From the IMG/VR virus record IMGVR_UViG_3300044632_001319: a DNA stretch of 64,000 bases; one strand, written 5' to 3'. The translations under genes were made by a program, and so were the position numbers. The notes below the pieces were generated by a model that saw only the letters and a list, made by a program, of their open reading frames with translations, was not told the origin of the DNA and ran no database searches. Below, one piece after another: positions 30,007 through 40,166 of the stretch (its first letter is position 1; every line of letters begins with the position of its first letter). Source of the stretch: a virus.

Positions 30007-30930
30007 ATGGCAACAAATCCTTATTTCAAAGAATATTTTGGAGAACAAGACTTATTGGATGACTTGATTGTAGAAACAATCAAGGCAATGGGTCGTGATA
30101 TGATTTATATTCCCAGAGAATATTTGAAGAAGGATCTTGTATTTGGAGAAGATCCAATATCACAATTTAAAGATGCATATACAATAGAAATGTATATTCA
30201 AAATGTGACTTCATTCGGTGGGCAACTGAACGTCATAAACAAATTTGGAATCAATATTACCGATAGAGTTACGCTTCAGGTTTCTAAAACTAGATTTGAA
30301 CAGGAAATCACTACTAAGGATGTAATAATTAAAACTCCAAGAGAAGGAGATCTAATATACTTTCCCTTCAACAAAAGTCTTTTTGAAATCAATTATGTTG
30401 AAGACAAGATTCCATTCTTCCAGTTTGGTGTATTGAACACCTATACATTGACATGCGAACTCTTCACATATTCTTACGAAACAATCGATACAGGATTCAC
30501 CGACATCGATGTTGTTGAAGAAGATAGAAAACACAACATGTATGCTTTCACACTGTCGGGAGCACCAGTTAGTGGACTTTCTGTTCTTAAGCGTGGAGAA
30601 AAAGTATTCCAAGTTGCTGGTATTACGGGTGCTTCGGCAGCATATGCAAACGCAACAGCAGAAGCATTTATCGTTGAATATACTGGAAACGTAACTTATG
30701 TAAAGGGTGTCAGTGGAAACTTTGTGTCTGGTTCAAGTGGAACACAATCGATTAAAGGTGTCACAAGCGGTGTTGAATATTATATACTTGGTGTGACATC
30801 GACAAACATCAATCTGGGTGTAGATCCAATATCTGGTTATGCTGAAATTGAAAACGATATTTATGCAGATCAAGCAGATACGGAAATTAATTTTAGCAGA
30901 GATAATCCATTCTCAGAGGAGTGTAATTAA
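30007..30930 (+). CDS. gp14: Neck protein gp14
   Basis: NPYF...EQ.L..DLI.E.IK..G.D..YIPR, PREGDLIYFP, F.QFG..Y.L.CELF.YS, NPF. Confidence 0.95.
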   Translation: MATNPYFKEYFGEQDLLDDLIVETIKAMGRDMIYIPREYLKKDLVFGEDPISQFKDAYTIEMYIQNVTSFGGQLNVINKFGINITDRVTLQVSKTRFEQEITTKDVIIKTPREGDLIYFPFNKSLFEINYVEDKIPFFQFGVLNTYTLTCELFTYSYETIDTGFTDIDVVEEDRKHNMYAFTLSGAPVSGLSVLKRGEKVFQVAGITGASAAYANATAEAFIVEYTGNVTYVKGVSGNFVSGSSGTQSIKGVTSGVEYYILGVTSTNINLGVDPISGYAEIENDIYADQADTEINFSRDNPFSEECN

Positions 30931-31682
30931 TGTTCACAGTTAATCAATCATTTTATAACGAATCCATAAGAAAAACTGTAGTGGCATTTGGATCCTTATT
31001 CGAATCCGTCTATGTTACTCGTTATGAAGTGAATGGTACTGAAAAAGAAAAAATAAGAGTTCCCCTTTCGTATGGAAGCAAAGAAAAGTTTATATGGAGA
31101 CTTTCACAGGAAAGTAGTTTATCAAAAAATAGTAGAGTTCAAATTGTTCTACCAAAAATGGGATTTGAAATAACTACACTTCTTTATGATCCAACAAGAA
31201 AAATTAACAGAACAATACAAAGAAGTAATGTTGTAAGCGGTACATTCAAGCAAATGTATACTGAAGTCCCATATAACATTAATTTTGCACTTTATGCATT
31301 TACTCGTAATATGGATGACATGTTACAGATAATTGAACAAATAGTTCCATATTTTTCTCCAGAATTTACAATCACAATGAAGATGAATGATCTGCATCAG
31401 ACAGTAGATGTTCCTTTTGTGCTGAACAACATCACCCTCAATGAAGATTATGAGGGAACATTTGATACGAGAAGAGCACTCATAAGCAGTTTTGATTTCA
31501 CTGCAAAAACTTACATATACCCACAAATTTGTGGTTCTACTGGAGGTGTAATCGAAAGAACAGACTTGAATTTCTTCGAGGATGTCGGATCTACAGCAGC
31601 AGATAATGCCGTTGGAGATATTGGTTATACAGGAGATGTGATTACAGGATCTATAACAGAAGTGATTGGAGATTGGCCATGA
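30930..31682 (+). CDS. gp15: Tail sheath stabilizer/completion protein gp15
   Basis: FYNESIRK.VVAFG.LF, VPL.YG.KEKF, LP.MGFE, QIIEQI.PYF.P, DYEG.F..RR. Confidence 0.95.
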   Translation: MFTVNQSFYNESIRKTVVAFGSLFESVYVTRYEVNGTEKEKIRVPLSYGSKEKFIWRLSQESSLSKNSRVQIVLPKMGFEITTLLYDPTRKINRTIQRSNVVSGTFKQMYTEVPYNINFALYAFTRNMDDMLQIIEQIVPYFSPEFTITMKMNDLHQTVDVPFVLNNITLNEDYEGTFDTRRALISSFDFTAKTYIYPQICGSTGGVIERTDLNFFEDVGSTAADNAVGDIGYTGDVITGSITEVIGDWP

Positions 31683-32149
31683 ATGAAGATTCCGCAGAGG
31701 AAAAACTTTCTAAGATACTTGATATTGAAATACTAGACCAACCTAAAAAAGAAATAACTAAAGCAGAAGATCTAATAACAAAAGTTAAAATAAAAAGAAA
31801 AGATCAAATAAGACAGGATTTTGATTCTGCTAGAAAGAATATGAAAGAACTCATAAGTTCTGGATTTGAAGCATTAGATGGAATCATGAAAGTTGCCGAA
31901 GCAGGGGATTCTCCAAGAGCATATGAAGTTGCTTCGATACTCTTGAAGACTATAAGCGAAATCAATACTGATTTGATGGATATGCACAAAACCACTGCTG
32001 ATGCTCTTGGAGTGAATAAAATAGTGAAAAATAATACAACAAATAATTCAATATTTGTTGGATCAACTAGGGATTTGCAAAATATAATCAATCAATCTCG
32101 TAGTCAATTGAAAGCGATCAATTCGGAAGAAATAGAAAATGACAGCTAA
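31679..32149 (+). CDS. gp16: Terminase small subunit gp16
   Basis: DF..AR.N...LI..G..AL......A....SPRAYEV; NNSIFVGST.DL. Confidence 0.92.
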   Translation: MNEDSAEEKLSKILDIEILDQPKKEITKAEDLITKVKIKRKDQIRQDFDSARKNMKELISSGFEALDGIMKVAEAGDSPRAYEVASILLKTISEINTDLMDMHKTTADALGVNKIVKNNTTNNSIFVGSTRDLQNIINQSRSQLKAINSEEIENDS

Positions 32150-33884
32150 AAAAGATGGATACCTGGGAAATCCCAACCTAAAACCAGTAGGCGTACAACA
32201 GCAATTTACACCAGAACAAGTTCAAGAATATATTAAATGCGTTAACGATCCAGCATACTTTGTTGAAAAATATGTAAAAATTGTTGCAGTAGATAAAGGT
32301 CTTGTTCCATTTGAAATGTATGATTTTCAAAAAGATCTGATCACTCAGTTGCATTCTAACAGATTCGTAATTGGTAAATTGCCCAGACAGGTAGGTAAAA
32401 CCACAACAGTAGGTGCTTATCTGTTACATTATGTTTTATTCAATCAGAACATGAACGTGGCAATTCTTGCAAATAAACAATCAACTGCTATTGAAATTCT
32501 AGGAAGAATTAAAATGGCATATGAGTATTTGCCAAAATGGTTACAGCAGGGTGTAATTGAATGGAATAAAGGTTCAATCGTATTAGAAAACGGATCTAGG
32601 ATCCTCGCTGCGGCAACCTCTTCATCTGCTATCCGTGGTGGTTCTTTCAATTGCATATTGTTAGACGAGTTTGCTCACATCCCTACGCAAATTGCAGAAG
32701 AGTTCTTCACTTCAGTATATCCAACCATTACCTCGGGTCAATCCACGAAGATGTTCATAATTTCGACACCCAACGGATTGAATATGTTTTATTACTATTG
32801 GAAGGGTGCAATCAATAAACAAAACGGTTATGTTCCATTTGAGGTACACTGGAGTCAAGTTCCAAAATATCCAGGTGGTCCTTTAAGAGATGATAAGTGG
32901 AAGCAAGAGATGATTAGCAAGACTTCTGAGAAGCAATTCGAACAGGAGTTCGAATGTGACTTTTTAGGAAGTTCAAATACTCTGATTGCTCCATCAAAAC
33001 TTCATACACTAGTTTATAGTAAACCATTGATGAGAACTAAGGATGGAATGAGCATATATGAAGAACCAAAAAGAAAAAATTCAGAAGTTCCAAAATCACA
33101 AGATCATTTGTATTTTATAACATCCGATGTCGCAGAGGGACAGGGTAAAGACTATACAACCCTTACGGTTATCGATGTCACCCAGTTTCCATACAGGGTG
33201 GTCGCGACCTATAAAAACAATACAGTATCTCCATTATTATTTGCTTCCGTAATTAAAACAGTCGCAAAGAAATATAACAATGCACATGTGCTTATAGAAG
33301 TCAATAGCATTGGAATGGAAGTTGCAAACATATTGCATACTGACTTGGAATACGAGAATATCGTTAAAACTGCCATGATGGGTAGAAAAGGACAAATAAT
33401 AACAGAGGGGTATGGTCCTAACAAAAAGGTACAAATGGGTGTCAAGACTTCGGTCATGACCAAAAAAATAGGTTGTCAAGTTCTCAAAAACATGATTGAA
33501 GAAGATAAACTTATTGTCGAAGATGCCGACATTATTTCAGAATTTACAACCTTTATCTCGAAAAAACAAAGTTTTGAAGCAGAAGATGGTCATAATGATG
33601 ACTTAGTTATGTGTCTTGTGTTGTTTGCTTGGGCAACAAGACAACAATATTTTAAAAATCTAACAGACATGGATGTGCGTCTTGCCATGTATCAGCAAGA
33701 AATTGAAAACATAGAAGACGATATGTTGCCCTTTGGATACTTTACTGATGGATCTGACGATATAGAAGACGCAGAGGAAGATAAATATTGGACATCAGGT
33801 AAAGACCATTGGTTGATATTTGATAAACAAAACGTGCCTACTCCTTGGGATGATTTGATACCAAAAAAGTTTAAGCGTAAATAA
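32139..33884 (+). CDS. gp17: Terminase large subunit gp17
   Basis: YLGNPNLK, PRQVGKTT (Walker A), LLDEFA (Walker B), ISTPNG, DVAEG.G.DY, HNDDLVM. Confidence 0.98.
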   Translation: MTAKKDGYLGNPNLKPVGVQQQFTPEQVQEYIKCVNDPAYFVEKYVKIVAVDKGLVPFEMYDFQKDLITQLHSNRFVIGKLPRQVGKTTTVGAYLLHYVLFNQNMNVAILANKQSTAIEILGRIKMAYEYLPKWLQQGVIEWNKGSIVLENGSRILAAATSSSAIRGGSFNCILLDEFAHIPTQIAEEFFTSVYPTITSGQSTKMFIISTPNGLNMFYYYWKGAINKQNGYVPFEVHWSQVPKYPGGPLRDDKWKQEMISKTSEKQFEQEFECDFLGSSNTLIAPSKLHTLVYSKPLMRTKDGMSIYEEPKRKNSEVPKSQDHLYFITSDVAEGQGKDYTTLTVIDVTQFPYRVVATYKNNTVSPLLFASVIKTVAKKYNNAHVLIEVNSIGMEVANILHTDLEYENIVKTAMMGRKGQIITEGYGPNKKVQMGVKTSVMTKKIGCQVLKNMIEEDKLIVEDADIISEFTTFISKKQSFEAEDGHNDDLVMCLVLFAWATRQQYFKNLTDMDVRLAMYQQEIENIEDDMLPFGYFTDGSDDIEDAEEDKYWTSGKDHWLIFDKQNVPTPWDDLIPKKFKRK

Positions 33885-33911
33885 AAATATACAGTTCACG
33901 AAAAAACTACA

Positions 33912-33919
33912 TATAAATA
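33912..33919 (+). promoter_or_regulatory. T4-type late promoter upstream of gp18
   Basis: TATAAATA followed by an AAGGAG RBS. Confidence 0.8.
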
Positions 33920-33944
33920 GCAATTTATTCCAAGGAGAGAAAAA

Positions 33945-35177
33945 ATGTCAAGACCTAATGTAATTTTTAGAATTAACGATGAATCTTTAGTTGTACCCAT
34001 AACTGAAGATTTCTCATCAGCAATAGGTGCAGTATACAACACAACAAACTTTTTAAAAGTATTAGCAGGAACCACCGCTGAACGGGACGCAGGGTATTTT
34101 TTCGTACCAAACGCATCTGATTGGTACTCTAGACTTACAGATTACATAACAGGTCTTGCTGGTGGGGTAACTGCTGTACAGGGAATCACAGAATATTCAG
34201 TAGGTTCGTGTGCAGCATCATATCTTAATGGAAACTATTCTGGTGGTGGAATCTCAGCAGGGTTTAGTGGTGAATGGTGGCCTGTAAATAACTTCCTGCA
34301 ATATGGTGCTGGTTGCTATGTAGGATTCGGCAGTGCAACTCCAGGCAATGAATTTGCACAATTAGGATTTGATGTGATATTCCAAGGTGGAACAACTCTT
34401 GGAAATTCAAACTACGGTACTGCTGTAACAACCATAGTCGATGAAAGATCAAGCGGAGATCAACCAGTAATTGGAATAGTTTATGCTCGTTCTACCACCT
34501 CAGCAATTGATACTAATGTTACAGGTGTAACATTTACCTCTGGTGCTAACAACTACAACTATGTCAAAGTTTATGGTGAAAAGATTCATCTTGACACAAC
34601 TGGGGCATATTCAATCGAAACCCCACTTGCAGCAGATGTTGCTGGATGCATTGCTCGTACCGACAGAGATTTCTATCCATGGTTCTCACCAGCAGGATCT
34701 CGTAGAGGTAGAATTTTAAATGTTCTTCGTCTTAAGAGATCACTAACAACTGCCGAACAAGACAATCTTTATGCAAACAGAATAAACCCAGTGGTAACAT
34801 TCCCTGGTGACGGAACTCTTCTTTACGGTGACAAGACGGCAGAATCTACTACAACTACTCTGTCCAGAATCAATGTTTCTAGACTATTCATGTACATTAA
34901 GAAATCACTAGCACCAGTTGCTCGTTCTATTCTTTTCGAGCAAAACGATGCAATCACTCGTTCAAGATTCAAGATTGCTGCTGAAGGATTCCTTGATCGT
35001 ATAGTGGGTCAAAGAGGAATAACCGAATACCGTGTCATTTGCGATAGCACAAATAACACACCAGAAGTGGTTGAGGCAAATTACTTTGTTGCTGATATTT
35101 TAATTAAACCAATTCCTTCAATCAATTATGTCAAGATAACACTAACTAATAAAGATCTTTCAGAACCAATTGGATAA
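33945..35177 (+). CDS. gp18: Tail sheath protein gp18 (unusually short, 410 aa)
   Basis: PWFSPAG..RG, D.LY.NRINPVV.FPG.G..LYGDKT, RINV.RLF, FEQND..TR, CD.TNNTP. Confidence 0.92.
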   Translation: MSRPNVIFRINDESLVVPITEDFSSAIGAVYNTTNFLKVLAGTTAERDAGYFFVPNASDWYSRLTDYITGLAGGVTAVQGITEYSVGSCAASYLNGNYSGGGISAGFSGEWWPVNNFLQYGAGCYVGFGSATPGNEFAQLGFDVIFQGGTTLGNSNYGTAVTTIVDERSSGDQPVIGIVYARSTTSAIDTNVTGVTFTSGANNYNYVKVYGEKIHLDTTGAYSIETPLAADVAGCIARTDRDFYPWFSPAGSRRGRILNVLRLKRSLTTAEQDNLYANRINPVVTFPGDGTLLYGDKTAESTTTTLSRINVSRLFMYIKKSLAPVARSILFEQNDAITRSRFKIAAEGFLDRIVGQRGITEYRVICDSTNNTPEVVEANYFVADILIKPIPSINYVKITLTNKDLSEPIG

Positions 35178-35198
35178 ATAAAGGAGAAGAGGTTATAA

Positions 35199-35747
35199 AT
35201 GGCAACATTAAACGAGTTTAGATCTAATTTTTTTGGCGTTAGACCAAATAGATTTTTAATTGAAGCAACTTGGCCAAGTGGAGTCGCTTCACCAGATTTA
35301 AGTGACCTCAACATTTATGTAAAGGCAACAGATCTCCCAGGATCAACTATTGGTTCGATTCCAATCGCATGGCAAGGAAGAATAGTAAAGTTTTCTGGCG
35401 AAAGAGTTTATGCTGACTGGGCAATATCAGTATATGACTCAAGCATTCCTGCAAAGGATCTTCGTCTTGGATTTGAGAGATGGGTAGAGGCAATGGATGG
35501 TAGAAATACTCACCAAATCAATTATAACCTAACTTCAGATTGGGTTGTAAGATATAGTGATATTATACCAGGAACAAGCGTAAGCGCACTTCCAACTCAA
35601 CAACCAGATAACTTTAATAAGTCAATTAAGTTGAGAAATTGTTTCCCAACTGACATTGGACCAATCAGTCTAAATTATGATGCAGTCGATTCGTTCTCTG
35701 AATTTACAGTGCAACTAGCATACGATTTCTGGGAACCATATAACTAA
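35199..35747 (+). CDS. gp19: Tail tube protein gp19
   Basis: RPNRF, KAT.LPGSTIG.I...QGR..K.SGER.YADW, FPTDIG.I.L.YD, EF.V.LAYD.W. Confidence 0.93.
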   Translation: MATLNEFRSNFFGVRPNRFLIEATWPSGVASPDLSDLNIYVKATDLPGSTIGSIPIAWQGRIVKFSGERVYADWAISVYDSSIPAKDLRLGFERWVEAMDGRNTHQINYNLTSDWVVRYSDIIPGTSVSALPTQQPDNFNKSIKLRNCFPTDIGPISLNYDAVDSFSEFTVQLAYDFWEPYN

Positions 35748-35764
35748 GAAGGATTTAATACTCT

Positions 35765-37333
35765 ATGGCATGGGAACTTTTTGGATTTTCTATTGGTAAA
35801 AAGGCTGAGTTAAGTGATGCGGTTGGTCTTACTGGCGATAATCAACAAAATTTATCGTTCGTAGCACCAGAAAATTTTGATGGAACTCAGGTCATTGAAA
35901 CGGGAGGCTTTATGTCTTCCGTTTATGACTTTGGTGGTTCATTCATGGATGAGAATTCTCTCATCAAGCAATATCGAAGCATGTCGCTTTATCCAGAGGT
36001 TGACATGGCAATTGAGGATATTGTCACACAAGCAATTGTATTTGATACAGATGATCATTCCTTAAAAATAAAACTAGATAATGTAGATTTATCAGACAAT
36101 ATTAAATCTAAAATAAATTATGAATTTGATAAAATATTAAAACTTTTAGACTTCAAGAACAAAGGTTATGATATTTTTAGAAGATGGTATGTCGATGGTC
36201 GTCTTTATTTTCAAAATATTATCGATGTCGAACATCCAGAAAATGGTATAGTTGAACTACGAGCAATTGACCCCGTTCGTATTCGTAAAATTCGTAAAGT
36301 TCAAAAAGAAGTAAAAAGAGTTCAAAACACAACAATACCAGTAATCAAAAAGGTAGAAGAACACTACGTTTATACAGATTATGAAATTAATAACGTATCT
36401 TCTACAACCAGTGCTATGGGTGTTAAAATATCTCCAGATGCAGTCACTTATTGTCACTCTGGTTATATTGACCAAACATCAAAAAGAGTAGTTGGTCATT
36501 TACACAAGGCAATACGACCATTGAACATGCTTCGTCAGACAGAAGATGCAATGGTTGTCTATAGAATTGCGCGAGCACCAGAACGAAGAGTCTTTTATAT
36601 TGATGTTGGCAATCTTCCAAAGCAAAAAGCAGAAGAATACATCAAGAACTTAATGACTCGTTATCGTAATAAATTGACATATGATTCGTCTACTGGTGAG
36701 ATTAAAGACCAAAGAAACCATATGTCGATGCTTGAAGATTATTGGTTACCAAGAAGAGAGGGTGGTAAAGGTACAGAAATTAGCACCCTTCCTGGTGGTC
36801 AAAGTCTTGGAGAGATGGAAGACGTTGAATATTTGCTTCGAAAACTTTATAGAGCACTCAACGTTCCACTCACAAGAATGGAAGTTCAGACTGGGTTTAA
36901 CTTAGGAAGAACTGCTGAGATCACTAGAGATGAAGTCAAGTTCTACAAGTTCATCGAAAGACTACAAAATAGATTCTCGTACTTATTCTTGGATATTTTA
37001 AAGAAGCAATGCATTCTTCGGGGAATTCTCACACTTGATGACTGGAACAAGATTTATCAAGATATACAGATAGTCTATAGCAAAGATTCATATTTCAACG
37101 AACTTAAAGAAAATGAAATTATGCGTGAACGCATTGAAATGTTAAATACTGTTGGTGTTTATAACGGTGTATTCTTCTCTACAGACTATGTAAGAAGGAA
37201 AATACTGAAGCAAACCGATACAGAAATTGCTGAAATGGATATTGAGATAGAGAAAGATCGTCAGAAACAAATACAACAACAGTTGCAAATGCAAGCACTA
37301 GGACTTGGCGATGAGCAACAAGAACAAAAATAA
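35765..37333 (+). CDS. gp20: Portal protein gp20
   Basis: IFRRWYVDGR, HLHKAI...N.LR..ED..V.YRI.RAPERRVFYIDVGNLPK.KAE, EDYWLPRREGGKGTEI.TLPGG. Confidence 0.98.
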   Translation: MAWELFGFSIGKKAELSDAVGLTGDNQQNLSFVAPENFDGTQVIETGGFMSSVYDFGGSFMDENSLIKQYRSMSLYPEVDMAIEDIVTQAIVFDTDDHSLKIKLDNVDLSDNIKSKINYEFDKILKLLDFKNKGYDIFRRWYVDGRLYFQNIIDVEHPENGIVELRAIDPVRIRKIRKVQKEVKRVQNTTIPVIKKVEEHYVYTDYEINNVSSTTSAMGVKISPDAVTYCHSGYIDQTSKRVVGHLHKAIRPLNMLRQTEDAMVVYRIARAPERRVFYIDVGNLPKQKAEEYIKNLMTRYRNKLTYDSSTGEIKDQRNHMSMLEDYWLPRREGGKGTEISTLPGGQSLGEMEDVEYLLRKLYRALNVPLTRMEVQTGFNLGRTAEITRDEVKFYKFIERLQNRFSYLFLDILKKQCILRGILTLDDWNKIYQDIQIVYSKDSYFNELKENEIMRERIEMLNTVGVYNGVFFSTDYVRRKILKQTDTEIAEMDIEIEKDRQKQIQQQLQMQALGLGDEQQEQK

Positions 37334-37356
37334 TACATATAAAATAGGAGATATAC

Positions 37357-37863
37357 ATGTCTAAGTCAAAGGAAATTTTAACAGCACTTCTTAAAGAAGA
37401 TTTACTAGAAGCAAAAAAATTAATTAATGATTCTTTACTAGAAAAACTAGGAAATGCTCTAGAGCAAAAGTTAGTTGATTTTGCTCCAACTGTTTTTGAG
37501 TCAGAAGCAGCAAGCGAAGGTTTAAAAGGCAAACAACATAAATTAGATGCCAATAAGAATGGCAAAATTGATGGTGAAGACTTTAAACTCCTAAAGAAGA
37601 AAAAGGCAAACGAAGATGTTGAAGAGTCAGATGAAGATATGAATTCTTTAGTAGAGGAATTCCAATCAGAACTCGCATCTTTAGTCCAAGAAATCCAAGA
37701 GGAAACTGGACAAGAACTTACAGAGGAAGAAATTGAAGAACTTGCAAACGAATACCTTGATGCCTTGTCTGAAGCAAAAGACGAAGACGAGGACGAGGAA
37801 GATGAAGACGAAGAGGATGATTGCGAGGATTGCAAGAAATCAAAGAAACATAAGAAGGACTAA
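37357..37863 (+). CDS. Prohead core protein (gp67/gp68 position), acidic, with an EF-hand-like loop
   Basis: Between gp20 and gp21; highly Glu/Asp-rich; DANKNGKIDGED. Confidence 0.7.
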   Translation: MSKSKEILTALLKEDLLEAKKLINDSLLEKLGNALEQKLVDFAPTVFESEAASEGLKGKQHKLDANKNGKIDGEDFKLLKKKKANEDVEESDEDMNSLVEEFQSELASLVQEIQEETGQELTEEEIEELANEYLDALSEAKDEDEDEEDEDEEDDCEDCKKSKKHKKD

Positions 37864-37866
37864 TAC

Positions 37867-38511
37867 ATGAAACTTATTACTGAAACCACTGAAAATGTAA
37901 AACCATTAATTGAGACTGCTAAGGGTGGTGCTAAAACTTATTACCTCACTGGGGTAATGATGGAAGCAAACGTGGTTAATCGTAATAAAAGAATGTACAA
38001 AGAAGGTGTTCTCAAGAAAGAAACTGGAAGATACATCAAGGAATATGTCAATAAAAATAGAGCTCTTGGAGAACTCAACCATCCAGATGGTCCCACTGTC
38101 AATTTAGACAGAGTGTCCCACATGGTAAGCAATCTTACCGAATCTGGAAATCAAATCATTGGTAAAATGAAAATTCTTGATACTCCAATGGGTAAAATCG
38201 TAAAGGCACTTATCGATGAAGGTGCTCAATTGGGTGTATCTTCCAGAGGCATGGGTTCGCTAAAGCAAGTGAATGGAATCAATGAAGTTCAAGAAGATTT
38301 CACACTTGCAGCAATTGATATTGTTGCTGATCCATCTGCTCCAAATGCATTCGTTAATGGTATTCTAGAAGGCAAGGAATGGATTTGGGATAACGGAATT
38401 TTAGTTGAAAAAGAAATATCTGATTATGAGAGAAAATTAAAATCAACTTCAAAGCGTAAGTTAGAAGAAAATGCAATTAATCTATTCTCTGATTTCCTAA
38501 GGCGTCTATGA
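37867..38511 (+). CDS. gp21: Prohead protease gp21
   Basis: MKLITE, NRN.R.Y, ALGELNHP, VSH, GVSSRGMGS, DIVADPSAP.AFV.GI.E. Confidence 0.97.
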   Translation: MKLITETTENVKPLIETAKGGAKTYYLTGVMMEANVVNRNKRMYKEGVLKKETGRYIKEYVNKNRALGELNHPDGPTVNLDRVSHMVSNLTESGNQIIGKMKILDTPMGKIVKALIDEGAQLGVSSRGMGSLKQVNGINEVQEDFTLAAIDIVADPSAPNAFVNGILEGKEWIWDNGILVEKEISDYERKLKSTSKRKLEENAINLFSDFLRRL

Positions 38512-39026
38512 AAAATAAATCAGACAAGGAATTATACGAAGAAGTAGAATCCAAATTAAGGGATTCTATTCCTTCTATTGCACAAAATGTTCACTCATCT
38601 CTCAATGAAAGTTCAAATTTCATGAGAAAGATGGGTCTTTTTGCAGCAGAATATGCGCATAGAATAGTCGATGCGGCACACAAATTAAACCTGTCTGCTA
38701 ATATGGCATCAAAAAAGAATGCCTCTAGAATCAGAGATGAATTATTAACTTCTCATTATTCTGCTGAATTGGGAATGAAAAAGAATCACATTAACACCAT
38801 CTTAAATTTTTATCCACAAAACCATCCAGATAGAATATCACTTGAGGCAAAAATTAGAACAGTTGGTAGGGTAAATCCAATTATTGGATCCCTACAGAAA
38901 ACTTCTACAGCAACAATTGGAAATTATAAAGATAAGATCAATAAATCGTATAGTGTGCTGACTACCCCAATAACTCCAGCACAAATGGCAAATATATATC
39001 GTAATGCTCGTTCCAGAATACCTTAA
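38508..39026 (+). CDS. Hypothetical protein, possibly an internal head protein
   Basis: Coupled to gp21 by an ATGA overlap; acidic N-terminus with LYE/LNE motifs, basic remainder. Confidence 0.55.
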   Translation: MKNKSDKELYEEVESKLRDSIPSIAQNVHSSLNESSNFMRKMGLFAAEYAHRIVDAAHKLNLSANMASKKNASRIRDELLTSHYSAELGMKKNHINTILNFYPQNHPDRISLEAKIRTVGRVNPIIGSLQKTSTATIGNYKDKINKSYSVLTTPITPAQMANIYRNARSRIP

Positions 39027-39039
39027 TTTTTTAAACGTC

Positions 39040-39061
39040 TAAATATTAAATATTCTAAATA
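39040..39061 (+). promoter_or_regulatory. Three tandem TAAATA late-promoter cores upstream of gp22
   Basis: TAAATA at 39040, 39047 and 39056. Confidence 0.6.
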
Positions 39062-39087
39062 GTTTTTAGAAAAAAGTGGAGAATCCA

Positions 39088-40119
39088 ATGGCAGAATCAA
39101 ACCCCTATGCAGACTACTCGTCAACCGATCTTTATAATGATGGAACAGGTAAAGGTGCAGTAATTGCTCCTCCTATATCAGATCCAAATGTTGCTGCAAC
39201 CAACCAATCAACCATTTCTGGTGCAGCAGCTGGTGGAAAGAAAAAGAAAAAAGAAGAAGCAAAAGAAAGCATTGACTACTTAGCAAGTCTATTTGACGGT
39301 GAAGAACTGTCAGAAGACTTTAAGTTCAAGGCAAAGACTATCTTTGAAGCAGCAATTGCAGAAAAGGTAGCAATAATTGAATCACACATCCTAGAAGCAG
39401 CAAAAGAAATTATCGAAGAGCAAGTAATCAACAATGGCAATAATCTTGTTGAGCAAGTTGATAGTTATCTTGATTACGTCATCTCAGAGTGGATGACTGA
39501 AAATAAAGTTGCTGTAGAGAGAGGTCTTCGCACAGAGATCGCAGAGAATTTCATCATGGGTCTAAAGAACCTGTTTGAGAATTCTTTCATCGATGTACCA
39601 CAAGAAAAATATAATGTTCTTGACGATCTCTTTGATGCAAACGAAGAACTTCAAGAGAACGTAAACAATCTAATCAAGCAAAATATGAACCTCAAGAATG
39701 AAATTAAAGCACATCTTTGTGCCGAAGCATTCATGGAGGAAACCGCTGGATTAGCAGCAACTCAAGTTGAAAAACTTGCTAAACTCTCAGAAGGACTCGA
39801 ATTTGAGACTGTAGATCAATACAAGCAAAAAGTTTCACTTCTTCGTGAGTCATACTTCTCAAGAAGACCACAACAAAGCGTAAGTGCTGCACCACAAGCA
39901 AATTATAATCCAACCCAAGTACCTCTAACCGAGGATACCCAAAGTGGTTCATTTGTTGGTGATTCAACCAGCAATGATCCACTCATGGAAAGCGTAATCA
40001 ATACAATTAGCATGTTACAAAGAAACAATCCAAAGGTTGAAAAAGTTCATCCAACTGAAAGAGCACAAAAACTTGCTAGTTTAATTAATCCCAATATCGT
40101 CAAGGACAATTACATTTGA
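39088..40119 (+). CDS. gp22: Prohead core scaffold protein gp22
   Basis: GEELSEDFK.KA.TIFEAA, VD.YLDYV..EW..EN..AVE.GLR.EI.E.F..GLK.LF; ATG at 39088 after GGAG. Confidence 0.95.
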   Translation: MAESNPYADYSSTDLYNDGTGKGAVIAPPISDPNVAATNQSTISGAAAGGKKKKKEEAKESIDYLASLFDGEELSEDFKFKAKTIFEAAIAEKVAIIESHILEAAKEIIEEQVINNGNNLVEQVDSYLDYVISEWMTENKVAVERGLRTEIAENFIMGLKNLFENSFIDVPQEKYNVLDDLFDANEELQENVNNLIKQNMNLKNEIKAHLCAEAFMEETAGLAATQVEKLAKLSEGLEFETVDQYKQKVSLLRESYFSRRPQQSVSAAPQANYNPTQVPLTEDTQSGSFVGDSTSNDPLMESVINTISMLQRNNPKVEKVHPTERAQKLASLINPNIVKDNYI

Positions 40120-40131
40120 AAATGTAAATTT

Positions 40132-40143
40132 AATAAATAAATA
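40132..40143 (+). promoter_or_regulatory. Late promoter(s) upstream of gp23
   Basis: AATAAATAAATA with overlapping TAAATA cores, then an AAGGAG RBS. Confidence 0.65.
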
Positions 40144-40166
40144 AAGACTTAAGGAGAGAAAAATAA

